From the NCBI GenBank assembly GCA_030264375.1, contig JASCQW010000061.1, forward strand, positions 60,977,406-61,040,389: 62,984 bases of DNA, in the 5' to 3' direction. The stretch comes from Carcharhinus longimanus (taxonomy: Eukaryota). The translations under genes and the position numbers were made by a program. Below are positions 62,248 to 62,984 of the stretch, one piece after another (positions within the stretch are counted from its first letter, which is position 1; every line of letters begins with the position of its first letter). Below the pieces are notes generated by a model. That model worked only from the letters and a program-made list of their open reading frames with translations, was not told the origin of the DNA and did not search any database.

Positions 62248-62907
62248 AGAAGAATCTAGGGTTGAGCTAAAGTTCTTCACAAGCTATCCCTTTATCTAAA
62301 CAGAATTTTCAATGACTCTTCATTAGTGTTTCCAATTCTCAGTGTTGCATATCAATTTCTCAAAATACATAGCTTTAATTCTCTGGAACATATCAAAGTT
62401 TGCCAATCGCTCAGGCTTTAGGAATGATGAGTTTGTTTTTTCCTAATTAAACCACAATAAGATTGAGCATAAGCTTTAGAATGTCTTGAAATAACTTAAT
62501 TTCCAGTGCATCTGTTTTTAACAAATTCACTTGTCATCATTTCACATTTCCTACTGCGGGCTTATCTCATATTTAACATCTTCCAAAGGAAACAAATCAT
62601 ATACTTATTTTCAAACTGTTTTCACACAGCATTTGTTGAGTTGCATATTGACTGCCTAATCAGACATATTTGCAGACTCATTTGAATTGTTTCAGGTTTA
62701 GATAGACACAGTCAGGCAAGTTTTTTAAAAATTATTTCATGGGATGTGGCATCACTTCTCAACATATTTGGCTTGAGGGCAGAATAAAAAAAATGCTTCA
62801 TTATGTCTGACCAAATTTCTCAATGGTTTTCCAGCAAGGAGGGCCTGAATAATTGGAGAGCAAGTGCTACAGAATTACAAGCTTGCATCTTCTTTATATG
62901 TTCTCTT

Positions 62908-62984
62908 GGTTACAGATAGTGTGACATGAACCCAAGATCCCAGTTGAGGCCGTCCTCATGTGTGCGGAACTTGGCTATCAGTCT
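62908..62984 (-). mobile_element. Second Penelope-like GIY-YIG C-terminus (continues beyond the window)
   Basis: 62984-62910 reads RLIAKFRTHEDGLNWDLGFMSHYL*. Confidence 0.85.

Overview
This is non-coding, repeat-saturated eukaryotic DNA, almost certainly from a shark: HE1/V-SINEs with HER1/CR1 tails and other elasmobranch-type repeats dominate. It comes from a gappy draft assembly with 16 N-runs, many of exactly 100 N. I recognise no intact host gene, rRNA, tRNA or CRISPR array. The listed ORFs are transposon remnants, gap read-throughs or chance ORFs. Contents: many CR1 LINE fragments, L2 and Rex1/Babar fragments, at least four tRNA-derived SINE types, PIF/Harbinger remnants (one DDE transposase, four Myb/SANT starts, several MITEs), a hAT MITE, a decayed Gmr1-like Gypsy gag-protease element, and six Penelope-like (PLE) pieces. 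Main findings: (1) PLE terminal repeats carry minimal hammerhead-ribozyme motifs, including a TSD-flanked element with a GIY-YIG C-terminus and inverted pLTRs (61.6-62.25 kb) and a 180-bp fold-back mini-element (47.3 kb); (2) junction evidence that block 27643-30713 is inverted or mis-oriented, since flipping it repairs a CR1, a Rex1 and an LTR-gag-pro-LTR element at once; (3) an unusual permuted inverted duplication at 12.7-15.4 kb. Family names come from recalled motifs rather than database searches, and boundaries of old repeats are approximate to tens of bp.
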